Origin: Eledone cirrhosa
Lineage: Eukaryota
Reading direction: 5' to 3'
Assembly: GCA_964016885.1 (NCBI GenBank)
Contig: OZ024757.1
Coordinates: 23,250,001 to 23,314,000 of the forward strand
DNA length: 64,000 nucleotides
Shown: positions 39,638-52,202 of the stretch, in pieces
How positions within the stretch are numbered: the first letter of the stretch is position 1
How the letters are laid out: every line of letters begins with the position of its first letter
Notes under the pieces: generated by a model
What the model saw: only the letters and a program-made list of their open reading frames with translations
What the model was told of the DNA's origin: nothing
Databases searched by the model: none
Position numbers and translations under genes: made by a program

Positions 39638-39699
39638 AACAAATTGTAAAAAGGAAAAAAATACAGTAGAAAATGCTTGAGGGATTTTTTCAGAATAAT

Positions 39700-40480
39700 A
39701 TCAAAACATTTATTTGTAAAGTGGGGATTTCTGCCTTTAATCGTGGTACTAGTTTCAGCATTATATGCTTTTTCAACGATGGAAGTGTAAAGTGCAGTGC
39801 TTGTATATATAGGGTGTTAACCAACTAGACATGAGCAATCCACAATCTAATCAATTAATGGTGATGCCAATATAATAGATCACCAAATTCACAGCATGTG
39901 TTAAGGCAAGTACTATTACATAACCTCTGCAAGATATTCACTCTTTCATCAATACACAGCTTACAGGAATTCACTCCATTTCAGTATGGCCTGGATAAAA
40001 CTAGAACTTTCCATTGAATGTAGAAATTCACATCTGCATACTTGAGTGACCATAAATGGCTGCTAGCTTCATGGATGGTTGCTTATCAGAGTGTCTAAAG
40101 GTCACCTGATAGATAAGGAAGTGTTCTTTAAACCAGCCTTCATGCATACCCACATACTTTTGGCTCCCTGCTGTTGATTCGGTTGAATGGATGTAACTTC
40201 AGCCTCATAGACCACTATGTTACATTGTTGTTGAAGAGGGCATGCTTCTGGCCTTCTGCAAGAGCATCTAGGTGGAGAAGAGCTCTTGGGATTGGTGGTG
40301 ATGTGGGCTTTCATATTTTTAGCATAGGAATATCCAAGTTTCACCCTGTGTCTCTTGAAGATAGATCTGTATTTATGCTATAAGGACGTGTTTTTCTAAG
40401 AGTGCCAACAATTTCATACCCACATTAGTTCTCCCTCTGAGTGAGAAAGGTGGTCAGAACCAAATTATACGATTTCTGCT
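39700..40480 (-). mobile_element. Degenerate Penelope-like element 3' part (Cys-rich linker plus GIY-YIG), related to 9180-9870
   Basis: KLGYSYAKNMK..I, CSCRRPEACPLQQQC, VVYEAEV, YVGMHEGWFKEHF, CKLCIDERVNILQR across frameshifts; decayed hammerhead at 39740-39780. Confidence 0.85.
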
Positions 40481-40486
40481 CATGAA

Positions 40487-40536
<50 letters not shown>

Positions 40537-40642
40537 CAATTAGGTGTTTGCATGTGTTTCTAAATTGTTTTTGGTTTTCTTCCTAGCTAGAACTAGTACA
40601 TTGATAACTCCTGTGTGTGTGTGTGTATACAGTATATATACA

Positions 40643-40677
<35 letters not shown>

Positions 40678-40720
40678 AATTCAAAATATTAACAAAAATA
40701 GACATTTGTGTGATCAAGTA

Positions 40721-40787
40721 TATTTTATTATACATATTTCAGCGGTACTGAGCTATCTTCAACAGTACGTCCTCATCAGATAAAATA
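40721..40787 (-). ncRNA. Type I hammerhead ribozyme with intact core, in a fold-back element at 40675-40879
   Basis: tattttat CTGATGA ggacgtactg..cagtaccgct GAAA T atgt ATA ataaaata; inverted arms 40798-40830 / 40848-40879. Confidence 0.75.
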
Positions 40788-40880
40788 AGATGATGCATGA
40801 CATACTCCTGACATAGTAGATGGTTAAGATATGACTACCATGACTGAATCTTAACCATCTACTATGTCAGGGTATGTCAA

Positions 40881-42360
40881 ATCTTTTTTAGACTTTTTAG
40901 ACGGGGATGATGAGTAGCATTTCCAACAGCAGCCTGGTAGTCAACCACTGGTCTCACTTTATGATTGCGAAGATGACTTTTGAGTCCAGCTTTGCTGAGG
41001 CAGAGTGTTGCACAGACGCTGCATGTCAGCACCATAGGAGGAACTTTGCTGCCTGGAAATGCAACAGCAATGCCTTTCCTCTCATCCCTTTTTACTTTCT
41101 CGTATACGATTCAAGATGCTTCAAAAGCTAGTTTCCGCTCATGTACAATCTTTTTCCATTTATTACGATCAGCAGTTATGCTTTCCCATGTATCAGCAGA
41201 GCTGTTAGCATCTTCCAAAGAGGCTTTTTAAACGAATCCTTGTACTTCTTTTTTGGGTTTATGTAGAGGTCATTTTCCTGGCAAGGTGACCACTCCATCG
41301 GAGTCTTTGCTTAAACACAAGAGCTTCTATGCTTTCAAAAATCTCGACATCACTGATGTGGTCCATCCATTGAATACCATGGATCCGACTGAGACAGATC
41401 CGATGGAAATATTCCAACTGTTTAAGGTGATGTCCATATGTGACCCAGGTCTCATAGGCATAAAGAAGAGAAGAGAGTACACATGCCTTGTACACCTTTA
41501 CTTTTGTCTTCTTGCATGTCTCGCTGACCCCAGAGGTGCCTTTCTAGCTTTCCGAAAGTATCACTTGCTTTCCTAATCCTGAGTGGAATTTCATTATCAA
41601 GGTTGCTGTATCGATTGACAGTGCTTCCCAGGTAGACAAACTGATCAACCACTCCAAGTCGTTTACCATACACATAGATATTTGGTTCATTGTACTGCTT
41701 ACAAGGGGCAGGTTGGTGCATGACAATGGTTTCCTTGAGACTGGCAGTCAATCCTAGGGCAGTGCAAGCATCAGAAAATGCATTCAAAATGTGCTGCATA
41801 TCAATCTTTATGTGCACTACAAGATCGCAATCATCTGCATAGAAGAGGTCTTTTATGAGGGAGGTAAATACTTTTGTTTTTGCAGTAAAGTGCCTGATGT
41901 TAAATATGCTGCCAGAGGTTTGATAGTATATGTAAACACCATGCTTGCAATTCCTGAATGCAATATAGAAAACCATCACAAAGGATATGGCATATAGGGT
42001 CATTGTTGGAATATCCCCCTGTTTCATTCCATTTTTCACTGAGATAGGCTCCGACATGTTACCTCTGACATTAACCCAAGCCTCCATGTCATCATGGAAA
42101 GACCTAACAAAAGCAAGGAACTTATCAGAGCAACCAAGTTTCTGGAGAACCTTCCACAATGCATTTATGTTAACAGTATCAAAAGCTTTAGTCAGATCGA
42201 CAAAAACCTGATACAGATCCAAACCTTGTTCCATGCACTTCTCCTGAAGCTGTCTAGTTGAGGAGATCATATCAGTAGTGCCGCATCTAGCACGAAAACC
42301 AGATTGACTTTCAGGAAAGAACACAATCTGCAATGTGTATCAGCAGACGGTCCAGAAGCA
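40881..42360 (-). pseudogene. RTE-clade LINE fragment: reverse transcriptase domain through C-terminal C2H2-like finger
   Basis: PESQSGFR, RQLQEKC, FVDLTKAFDTVN, GMKQG, LFYADD, FVYLGS, LRWSGHLAR, CSVCATLCLSKAGLKSHLRNH; frameshifted. Confidence 0.95.
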
Positions 42361-42859
42361 CCCTACATAAAATTTAGATTGGACAACACATACATACATA
42401 CATTTTACTATCTAGCATAAAATCAAATTTGCTGGTGTAGAAATGAAAAATTTGTTCTTCACTTTAACTCAATCAGACCATCAAAACATTCAATTTTTTT
42501 TCATAGTCTATTTATATAATTTGGTAGACAAATTGTCTGTTTTTAGTGATGTATTCCATTTAGCTTCACTAATCATGATCGTTTCTAAGTTACTAATTAT
42601 TGTTGAATGTAAACTTCAGCCGATTCTAAAGTACAACTACTGACTGTAAATTAGTAGCTACTTATTACTGCAATGTTATGTGACACCAGATGTTATTAAA
42701 CAGGAAATCAGAAGGATTTTCACTGGCCCCCACCAGTGTATTATTATTGCTATTATTATTGCTATTATTATTATTACACTGAAATACTATACAAAGCTAA
42801 ACAGTTTTTGAACTCCACTGTGAGCTGTTGATGGTAACTAGCAAATTATTAGATAAAAT

Positions 42860-43345
42860 AATACGTGTGGGTGTGTGTGGTTGTGTGGGTGGTAGGGTGT
42901 GGGTGGGTGTATGCATGTGATGAGCTATGTGTATATGTGTATGGATGTGTGTATATATGTGTGTGTATGTATGCGTATGTATCTGATGAGTTATGCGTAT
43001 ATGTATGTTTGTGTATGAATGTATATATACGTGTGTAAATGTGCCTTTGTGTATTTGTGTATATGCATATGGGTGTGTATGTATGTGTATGTGTGAATAT
43101 ATATATGTATATATATATGTGTGTAAATGTGTATTTGTGTATATGCATATGGGTGTGTATGTATGTGTATGTGTGAATATATATATGTATATATATGTGT
43201 GTGTGTGTGTGTTTGTGTGTTTGTGGGTGTATATGTATGTGTGTGATTGCATGTATGTACATATTCATATATGTGTGTGCACATTGTTTGTAAGTCTGTG
43301 GATGTATGCATGCGTCTATATGTGTTTGTATATATGTGTGTGCTA
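42860..43345. repeat. TG/TA-rich low-complexity repeat
   Basis: Direct reading of the sequence. Confidence 0.85.
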
Positions 43346-43859
43346 AAGATTTGCATCATTTCAATTACCATTATCTAATTGATAGATGTATATTTGTTAG
43401 TTCATGTAATAAATAACTGTAGACAATCAAATAAAATATCTAACTATGTGTCTACTCTATTGAAAATTAAATATTCTTGGATACTACTCTTGCAAATATT
43501 CTTTCCTATTTTACCATTTTTAAGATACTTCTCTGTGAAATGGCATTGAGAGAATCCTGGAGGTCAGATCCCTCAGCTCTGCCTTCCAGAGAGCCCTATC
43601 AGAAGCAACTCTCTCCAAATGATCTGGTGGCTAAATCCTCCAAAAAGACCAACCAAGATCATGGGTTTATCCAACCATCTTGCTCAGGGTTGGCTTTGGC
43701 TTTCACTCTAAAATCTGTCCTCCAATTCTTTCCTTTGACATTTTAATCATGTTTGTAGTATCAAGGCAGTGATTTCTTGATGCAGAGAAGTAGTGGCTCA
43801 AAAAGGAGCAAATCTTTGATTTATGCACCCTATCAAGTAATAATACTCCAATGACTTTT

Positions 43860-44200
43860 TTGAGGAACCCCATTTCAGCCACATATTTACAATCATTATC
43901 TATTGGTCACTACCCAAGATTCAAATCCATAGGTAATGGTAGGGACAGACACTGAATTGGAGTTAGCTAGTTTGGCTTTCATATTTACCTCCCTTCTTTT
44001 GATGAGCGAGTGTTGAAGCTGGTGTATTACTCCACCAGCTCCAGAAATTCTTGCACTTAATTTAGTCTCTTGCCTTCTATCACTCATGAAAATAGTCACA
44101 AGACACTTGAACTTCTTCTCCTCCTACTTCAGTGGAACTCCATTCAGAGTGCACTGCACAGGCTTCCTTAAGAGGACAAGTGTCTCAATCTTTGCATCAC
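43860..44200 (-). pseudogene. Old RTE (Expander-like) LINE fragment
   Basis: ARISGAGGVIHQL...KAKL...SVSVPTITYGFESWVVT. Confidence 0.7.
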
Positions 44201-44276
44201 TGATTTTCGTTCTTGGCAGCAAACGCATTTCTTCTGATGACCAAATGCTTGCTGAAGCTAAAGCATTATTACATGA

Positions 44277-44460
44277 GTGGATTGGCAGAATCGGTAGAGG
44301 GTCAGACGCCATGCTTTGCAGCACAGTTACGTCCCTTTACGAACTGAGTTCAAATCCCGCCGAGGTTAACTTTGCCTTTCATCCTTACAGAGTCGATAAA
44401 ATAAAGTACCAGTAATGTACTGGGTATTTGCTGGCCTTGTACCAAAAAAGTAGAAACAAT
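44277..44460 (+). mobile_element. SINE B copy with TSD
   Basis: att(a/g)ttacatgag on both sides. Confidence 0.9.
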
Positions 44461-45060
44461 TGTTACATGAGCTCCAGCAATTCTTGCCTTAAATTCAGAT
44501 CATGCCTCCCAAAACACATGAAAAAAAAAAAAGAGCTACTTCAACTTCTCCCCTTACTTTAACACAACTCCAAAAAAGCTGAGATAGTATTTCCTTTAAC
44601 AAGGATGGCAGGTATTAATGGTATAAACTAAAATAGCTTCTAGTCTTTTATTTTATATTGAAAGCTACCACAATGTGAATTAAACAATAAATTTGTAAAA
44701 TATGATAACAATGATTTGGGATATTACCTTGCACTTCTTTATAGGTTTTTTATATTTCAGGATAGAATCCCTTTATCCTCTTATATATATGTATATAGGA
44801 CCCTCCAATCATGTCAAGAACATGACCACCTCCCTAGTGAGGGTGATTTACATCATAAACACACCCAGTACACACTGTAAAGTGGTTGGGGCTTTTTCCC
44901 CCCAAGCTCCTCCACCCTCCCTAGTCCCAAAACAAAAGTGCTCAGGCCCCACTATAAAGTGGTTGTGTCAGTGACACAATAAAGGTGCCCAGTCCACACT
45001 GTAAAAAACATCCAGCTCACACTGTAAAGTGATCATGTAGGTGTCATGACATATATATAT

Positions 45061-45693
<633 letters not shown>

Positions 45694-45769
45694 TACCCAC
45701 TCTACTACCCTAAGTATTGAGTACTTTGGTGCATTATAGTCCATCTGGTTCCTTACCACATTTCCTTCG

Positions 45770-45797
<28 letters not shown>

Positions 45798-45803
<6 letters not shown>

Positions 45804-46180
45804 TAATAAAAATAATGAATAAAAACAAAGAAACAGTTCCTTATATTAAAAAATTCATCATTTTACGATCGTTTCTAGGATATATATGTGTGTGTTGGTA
45901 TGTATATCATATAGATCTATGTAAAAATTTTACAAACTATCAGAGGGAATATACATACCTACACATATATATGCTGTCTTCACGATCGTAAAATGATGAA
46001 TTTTTTAATATAAGGAACTGTTTATTTGTTTTTATTCATTATTTTTATTAATTTATCTGAACTCTCTTTTCCTGTGTTTTTCATCGAAAAAATTTTGAAT
46101 ACATCTTCTCTTTTCATGATATTTGGATTACATTGAGTTCTTCATACGGATTGGACACTACCGTATATTTTGGTAGATTT
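45798..46180. mobile_element. Fold-back element, same family as 8053-8437
   Basis: 75-bp inverted arms 45798-45872 / 45982-46056 around the long stem II; tail shares tacattgagttcttcatacggattggacactaccgta..ttggtagattta with 10367-10420. Confidence 0.85.
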
Positions 46181-46608
46181 ATCATCATCATCATCATCAT
46201 CATTTTACGTCCGCTTTTCCCTGCTTGCAAGGGTGGGACGGGTCTTATTCAGCACAGCATCTCTCCACTCGTCACGGTCCCTCGTCATCTCCACCGTGAG
46301 CTTCAATGATCTGAGGTCTGTTCTCACCACCTCCGCCCATGTTTATCGTGGTCTACCTCTACCACGTCTTCCTTCAACTGGCAATTCCTGGCACTTCTTC
46401 ACCCATCGGTCATCCTCCATGCGCATCACATGTCCATACCACCTCAGTCTCCTCTCCCGTACACTACATTCTATCCCTCTCAGACACAGTTTCTCTCTCA
46501 ACACATTTATGCTGGGTCGTTCACGCACATTTACACTGCACATCCAACAGAGCATGCTTGCCTCATTTCTCTCCAGCCGTCGCATATCTTCTGCGGTTGC
46601 TGCCCATG
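46181..46608 (-). mobile_element. 3' end of RTE LINE with (ATG)n tail
   Basis: RRLERNEASMLCWMC...RRLRWYGHVMRM...EGRRGRGRPR followed by the UTR shared with SINE A. Confidence 0.92.
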
Positions 46609-47084
46609 TCTATATATATATATATATGCATATTGCATGTTAAAATTTAGAGAGAATGTATATGCAAATTCAAAAGTGAATATTGTGCAGATATATATGA
46701 AAATATGTACGCAGTACATGTGCATACATATACTTATATGCAATAATTTTTTGGGATGCTGAATAAAATATAATTTAATCAGATGCGAATTTTAAAAAAA
46801 AAATTTTTTATATGTTACATAAAACTTCATTTTTAATTGCTGTTAGTATTGACTTTGATGTTAATATTATTGTTGGTTGGTTACTGTTGTGATACCTCTG
46901 GCTGGTGAAGAGATCCTTGATGGGCTTGGAGAGAAAGAGGCAGGCAACACACATACCTGTACACATGAAGATCACTGAAACCATGTCACCTGAAGCAACT
47001 CACCAGATGATGGGTTTCACAAGCACAAGAGATCAAAGGGAAACACCTTGCTTAATCTGTTTCTTTGTTGAAAGAGGCTATACA

Positions 47085-47127
47085 CTATATCTCTATATAT
47101 ATATATATATATATATACATATGTATG

Positions 47128-47170
<43 letters not shown>

Positions 47171-47595
47171 CATATGTATGTATATATATATGTACATACA
47201 TATGTATATTTTATATATATATATATATATATACATAATATATATATACATATATATATATATAATATACATATGTATGTATATATATAATATACATATG
47301 TATATATATATATAATATACATATGTATATATATATATAATATACATACATATATATATATAATATACATACATATATATATATATATAATATACATACA
47401 TATGTATGTATACATATATACATGTATGTATACATAAATATATATATACATATGTATATTATATATACATATATATATATATATATATACATATGTATAT
47501 TATATATACATATACATATACATACATATGTATATTATATATACATATATACATACATATGTATATTATATATATATATATATACATACGTATAT

Positions 47596-47627
<32 letters not shown>

Positions 47628-47645
47628 TACATACATATGTACATT

Positions 47646-47677
<32 letters not shown>

Positions 47678-47700
47678 TTACATACCTATATACATATAAA
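47085..47700. repeat. (TA)n/(TACA)n compound microsatellite
   Basis: Direct reading of the sequence. Confidence 0.9.
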
Positions 47701-48039
47701 TAAATAGATAGGTACTGATAGAGAGATAAATGAATACAAAGATTGTTAGATATAAAGTGAGGTAAGGGGAGAGGGGGTAACGAGAGAGGGGGAGTTAACG
47801 AGAGAGGGGGGAGCGAGAGAGAGGGAGGGGGTGCATCAAATTCCACAATATAGAGTTAACATGTAAGAAATTAACATGAAACATAATGAGGGGCGGGTAT
47901 AGAGGGAGGGGGGAAAGGGGGGAGATGGTGATGTGGGGGAGAGATAGGGAGGGAGAGAGGGGAGAGTCACAGAAAGATTGAACACAAGGGGGAGAGAGAG
48001 GGGCAGAGAGGGGGAGGGAGAGAGTCACAGAAAGATTGA

Positions 48040-48440
48040 ACACAACAACAACAACAGCAAGAACAGCAACAGTAGCAACAACAACACAATACTACCACCA
48101 ACATAAATAATAATACTACTACCACTACAATGACCACCATTAATAATGGTTTCTGATTTAGGCACAAGGCCAGCAATTTTGGATCACCACCAACAACGCC
48201 ACCACCTCCAACAACAACAATACCAACACCACCACCACCAACAACAAGACCACCAACACCACCACCCCCACCAACAACAACAACGCCAACACCACCACCA
48301 CCAACACCACCAACAACAACAACGCCAACACCACCACCACCACCACCACCAACAACACCACCACCACCAACACCACCCCCACCAACAACAACAACGCCAA
48401 CACCACCACCACCAACAACAACACCACCACCAACACCAAT
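48040..48440. repeat. (CAA/CAC)n trinucleotide tract
   Basis: Direct reading of the sequence. Confidence 0.9.
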
Positions 48441-49672
48441 CATCATTAACATCAATGGTAACAAAGCAGGAAAGGAAAATAAATGAAATAGTTTTAAACA
48501 GTTCAGGTGTTTATGTGTTTAGTTTCTACTTAAGAGGGTGGGTGGGGGTGAGAGGGTGGGATATATGTGGAAGGAGAGAGAGGAGGAGGAGGAGAGAGGT
48601 GACAGGGGAGTGGGGGTGAGGGAAGAGGAGTGGCTGAGACATCAAACGGAAATGGTTGTATTCTTTGGTTTGCCAAAATAAACACAGAAGTAATTCTGTT
48701 TGGTGAGGAAAAGTAACCCCTTATAGGAGAGAGAGAGGGGGGAGGGGGAAGAGAGGGAGAGGGAGTCAAAGAGAGAGTGAGAGAGAGATAAACAGATAAA
48801 TAGTATGTGACAGAGAGAGAGGGGGGAGGGGGGAAAGAGAGAGAAGATAGGGAGAGAGGCAGAGGGGGAGTCAAAGAGAGAGTGAGAGAGAGTCAAAGAG
48901 AGAGTGAGAGAGAGACAAACAGATAAATAGTATGTGACAGAGAGAGAGAGAGAGAGCGACTAATAGTTAGAGAGCATGAGAGAGAGAAACTGGTAGATAG
49001 GCAAATAGAGAGGAAGACTAACAAACAAAATGAGAGAGAGAGTGAAAGAGATGTGATAGAGAGTGAGAGAGTAAACGGTATATAGAGGGAGAGACAATCA
49101 AACAAAGAGAGAGAGGGGGTTAAAGTTCATGAGAAATGTTTCTTCTGGGAATTATTGTTTAAAATTGTATAAATTCTCCACCTCCTCCTCCATCGTCTTC
49201 CCCACCTACCTCGTCTCTGCCCTTTTTCTCAACCATCTTCAGTCTTCTACCTAGATTTGAAATTACATTAGTTCTGAATGGGCAGTGGGCCTCCCAGGAC
49301 AAATTTCCATCTGAAATCTAGGTCCTGTTTCCTAACAGATTTGAACTCAGAATGCCAAGAGCCTTCAAAATATGGCCAAAGTATCTCATCTCTTGTCCTA
49401 ACAATTCTGTTTATCCACTGACCTGGCTCACTACTTCATCATCACCAGAAGAAGGAAAAGCAAAGTTGATCACAGCAGGATTTGAATTCACAAAATATGG
49501 AGCTAAAATAAATTCTGCAGTGCCTCTTGTCCTCTGCTCTAACAACTCTGCCAGGCAGACCTGGATCTCCCTGTAAGCTAAATAAGCTATAATTTAAGGC
49601 CACATGCCCTCAGAGAGCCTCGTTTTTTTTTTTTTTAAATTCTATCATTAGTTTTTATTATCTAAAACTAAG

Positions 49673-49858
49673 GGCGGTGGATTGGCAGTATCGGTAGAGG
49701 GTCGGACGGCATGCTTTGATGCATAGAGTTACGGCCCTTGCAATTCTGAGTTCAAATCCCGCCGAGGTTAACTTTGCCTTTCATCCTTACGGGGTCTATA
49801 AAATAAAGTTCCAGTAATGTACTGGGTAATTGCTGGCCTTGTGCCAATAGTAGAAACA
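49673..49858 (+). mobile_element. Full SINE B with 16-bp TSD
   Basis: attatctaaaactaag at 49657-49672 and 49859-49874. Confidence 0.93.
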
Positions 49859-49909
49859 ATTATCTAAAACTAAGTCATTAAACATTACATACACACACAC
49901 ACATATGTA

Positions 49910-50010
49910 AATAATTGTTTCTACTTTTGGCGCAAGGACAGCAATTACTCCAGTGCATTACTGGTACTTTATTTTATTGACCCCGTAAGGATGAAAGGTA
50001 AAGCTGACCT
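49910..50010 (-). mobile_element. SINE B 3' half
   Basis: Reverse complement of the central box and tail. Confidence 0.85.
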
Positions 50011-50157
50011 ATATGAATAATATATATTAGAGCTGACCTCAGATCACTGAAGCTACCAGAGGAGATGGCAAAGGACCATGACGAAAGGAAAGATGACCCT
50101 TCCCACCCTTGCAAGCAAGGTAAAGTGGATGCAAAATGATGATAATGTGATATATAT

Positions 50158-50750
50158 ATATTAAAATATAAGTATTAATAAAATAGATGTTTTTTTGATC
50201 AATTACATTTTATTATACATATATCGGATGTACAACAGTACGTCCTCATCAGACAAAATATAATTGTTTCTACGTTTGGCACAAGGCCAGAAATTACCCA
50301 GAGCATTACTGGTACTTTATTTTATCGACCCCGTAAGGATGAAAGGCAAAGTTAACCTCGGCGGGATTTGAACTCAGAATGTAAAGGGACGTAACTCTAT
50401 ACGTCAAAGCATAGCGACTGACCCTCTACCGATACTGCCAATCCACAGACAAAATATAATGATACATGACATACCCTGAGATGTTAAACCTTGATTAAAT
50501 CTTAACCATTTAACATCTCAGGGTATGTTATGTATCATTATATTTTGTCTGATGAGGACGTACTGTTGTACATCCGATATATGTATAATAAAATGTAATT
50601 GATCAAAAGAACATCTATTTTATTAATACTTATATTTTAATATTAATAACGCCTGAAAATTATTTTTTTTTCCGTTGAGTGCTTCCAATCTACTGTAAAA
50701 CTCATTCTTGGACATAATCATCGAATATTGTTTAACAACTTAATACTTAT
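50158..50750. mobile_element. Palindromic hammerhead element (family of 40675-40879) interrupted by a SINE B
   Basis: Left arm 50158-50264 plus 50461-50488, right arm 50509-50643; hammerhead 50541-50595 tattttgt CTGATGA gga..tcc GATA tatgta ta ataaaatg. Confidence 0.85.
50265..50445 (-). mobile_element. SINE B with 15-bp TSD
   Basis: cagacaaaatataat at 50250-50264 and 50446-50460. Confidence 0.93.
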
Positions 50751-50914
50751 ATATATATATATATGTGTGTGTGTATATGTATATATAAATTATATATATG
50801 TGTATATGTATATATAAATTATATATATATATATGCGTATATGTATATATAAATTATATATATATATGTTATTTATTCTTTATCATTAACAAAATAATTA
50901 TTATATTTTTTTAG

Positions 50915-50990
50915 AGAAGAGTCCAGGAACTGAACCCATGGCGTTATGATCATAAGTCCAACACCCTTATCACTAGGCCACAATCTTCAC
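50915..50990 (-). mobile_element. Isolated tRNA-derived SINE head
   Basis: Minus strand tggcctagtga..gggttcagttcc (A and B boxes), no cloverleaf. Confidence 0.55.
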
Positions 50991-51445
50991 ACAACACACA
51001 ATCCAGTCCACTTACCACTAGTCCTGCCCCCTCCATATGTATTTGCATTCAATTTAATATTGTTTGTAATTAGGTAATTGTTTGTTGATGCCTCAAAAAC
51101 TGAATATCTGTAGCATATTACACTGAGATGCTCCTTCCCTAAAGCTGAAAATATTCTCTCATCAGGGAAGTGTTTTTTATGGTTTCTCTTGCACAAAGCA
51201 GAGGAAATCATTGAACCTTGTATTAAAACCCCTTAAAACCAACACTGTGACTTGATTTCTAATGAAAACTGAAGCAAAAAAGAAACAATTTCACAAACAT
51301 CATAATATTGCACTAGGTTTACACAAACAAAGAACTTAATATATTAGCCAAATCTACAAGTTTCTAATTTATATTAACTGTTCTGATATGAAATAACCAG
51401 AAACAGCATCTGGTTCTACAATACAAAGCCATTTATTTTTAAGTG

Positions 51446-51838
51446 TTTATATATTCGAATATAATCCCAGGAATATGTGAAGGCGTGTGGCTGAGTGCTT
51501 AGAGAATTGAATTCGCTATCGTGAGGTTCTGAGTTCAATTCCTTGACCGGGCAATGTGTTATGTCTTTGAACAAGACACTTTATTTCACATTGCCCCTTC
51601 TATCTGGAGTTGTGACCGATAGATAGTATTAGCAATTGGAAAGACCAATGGAAACATTGTCTCCTCAGTCCTATTTGACAAAAGTCGATCAACGATATGT
51701 GACCCCAAAAATCGATGGTAAAATGGGAGGCTGGCTTATATATGCCATCTAAATAATGTGTTTATAAACGAGGGTTTGGATTTTTACCTATGTTGCATAT
51801 ACAAAATAGGAAAATCGATTTATATTTGAGTATATATA
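51446..51838. mobile_element. Degenerate pogo/Tc2-like MITE containing an old SINE head and CORE (51478-51598)
   Basis: Left end tatatattcgaatataatcc is the inverted match to right end gatttatatttgagtatata. Confidence 0.5.
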
Positions 51839-51858
51839 GGAGGCACATGGCTTATATA

Positions 51859-52202
51859 TGGAGGCACATGGCTTAGTGGTTAGAGCACTGGCCTTGCAAT
51901 CAAAAGGTTGTAAGTTCAATTCTCAGACCGGGTGATGTGTTGTTTCCTTGAGCAAGACACTTTATTTCACATTGCTCCAGTTTACTCAGCTGCAGAAATG
52001 AGATGATAGGGACTAGGGTCCATATCATTCCACTGCAAAGTGGTCGTGGAGGTGCCACGGCAAAAAAGCACCCAGCACTCACTGTAAATGAGGTTGGTGT
52101 TAGGAAGGGCATCCAGCTGTAGAAATCAAGCCAGGATCAGTTCCCGTCCCACCCTTGCAAGCAGGGAAAAAGCGGACGTAAAATAAAATGAAATGAAAAT
52201 GA
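51859..52202 (+). mobile_element. Full-length SINE A
   Basis: A-box tggcttagtgg, B-box agttcaattc, CORE-like box, RTE tail. Confidence 0.95.

Noticed and set aside
46880-47080. Possible minus-strand exon with gtgagt/gtatgt donors
   Set aside because: No convincing acceptor or recognisable peptide
48146-48619. Poly-His/Gln ORF
   Set aside because: CAA/CAC tract with a SINE tail fragment; no splice or domain support
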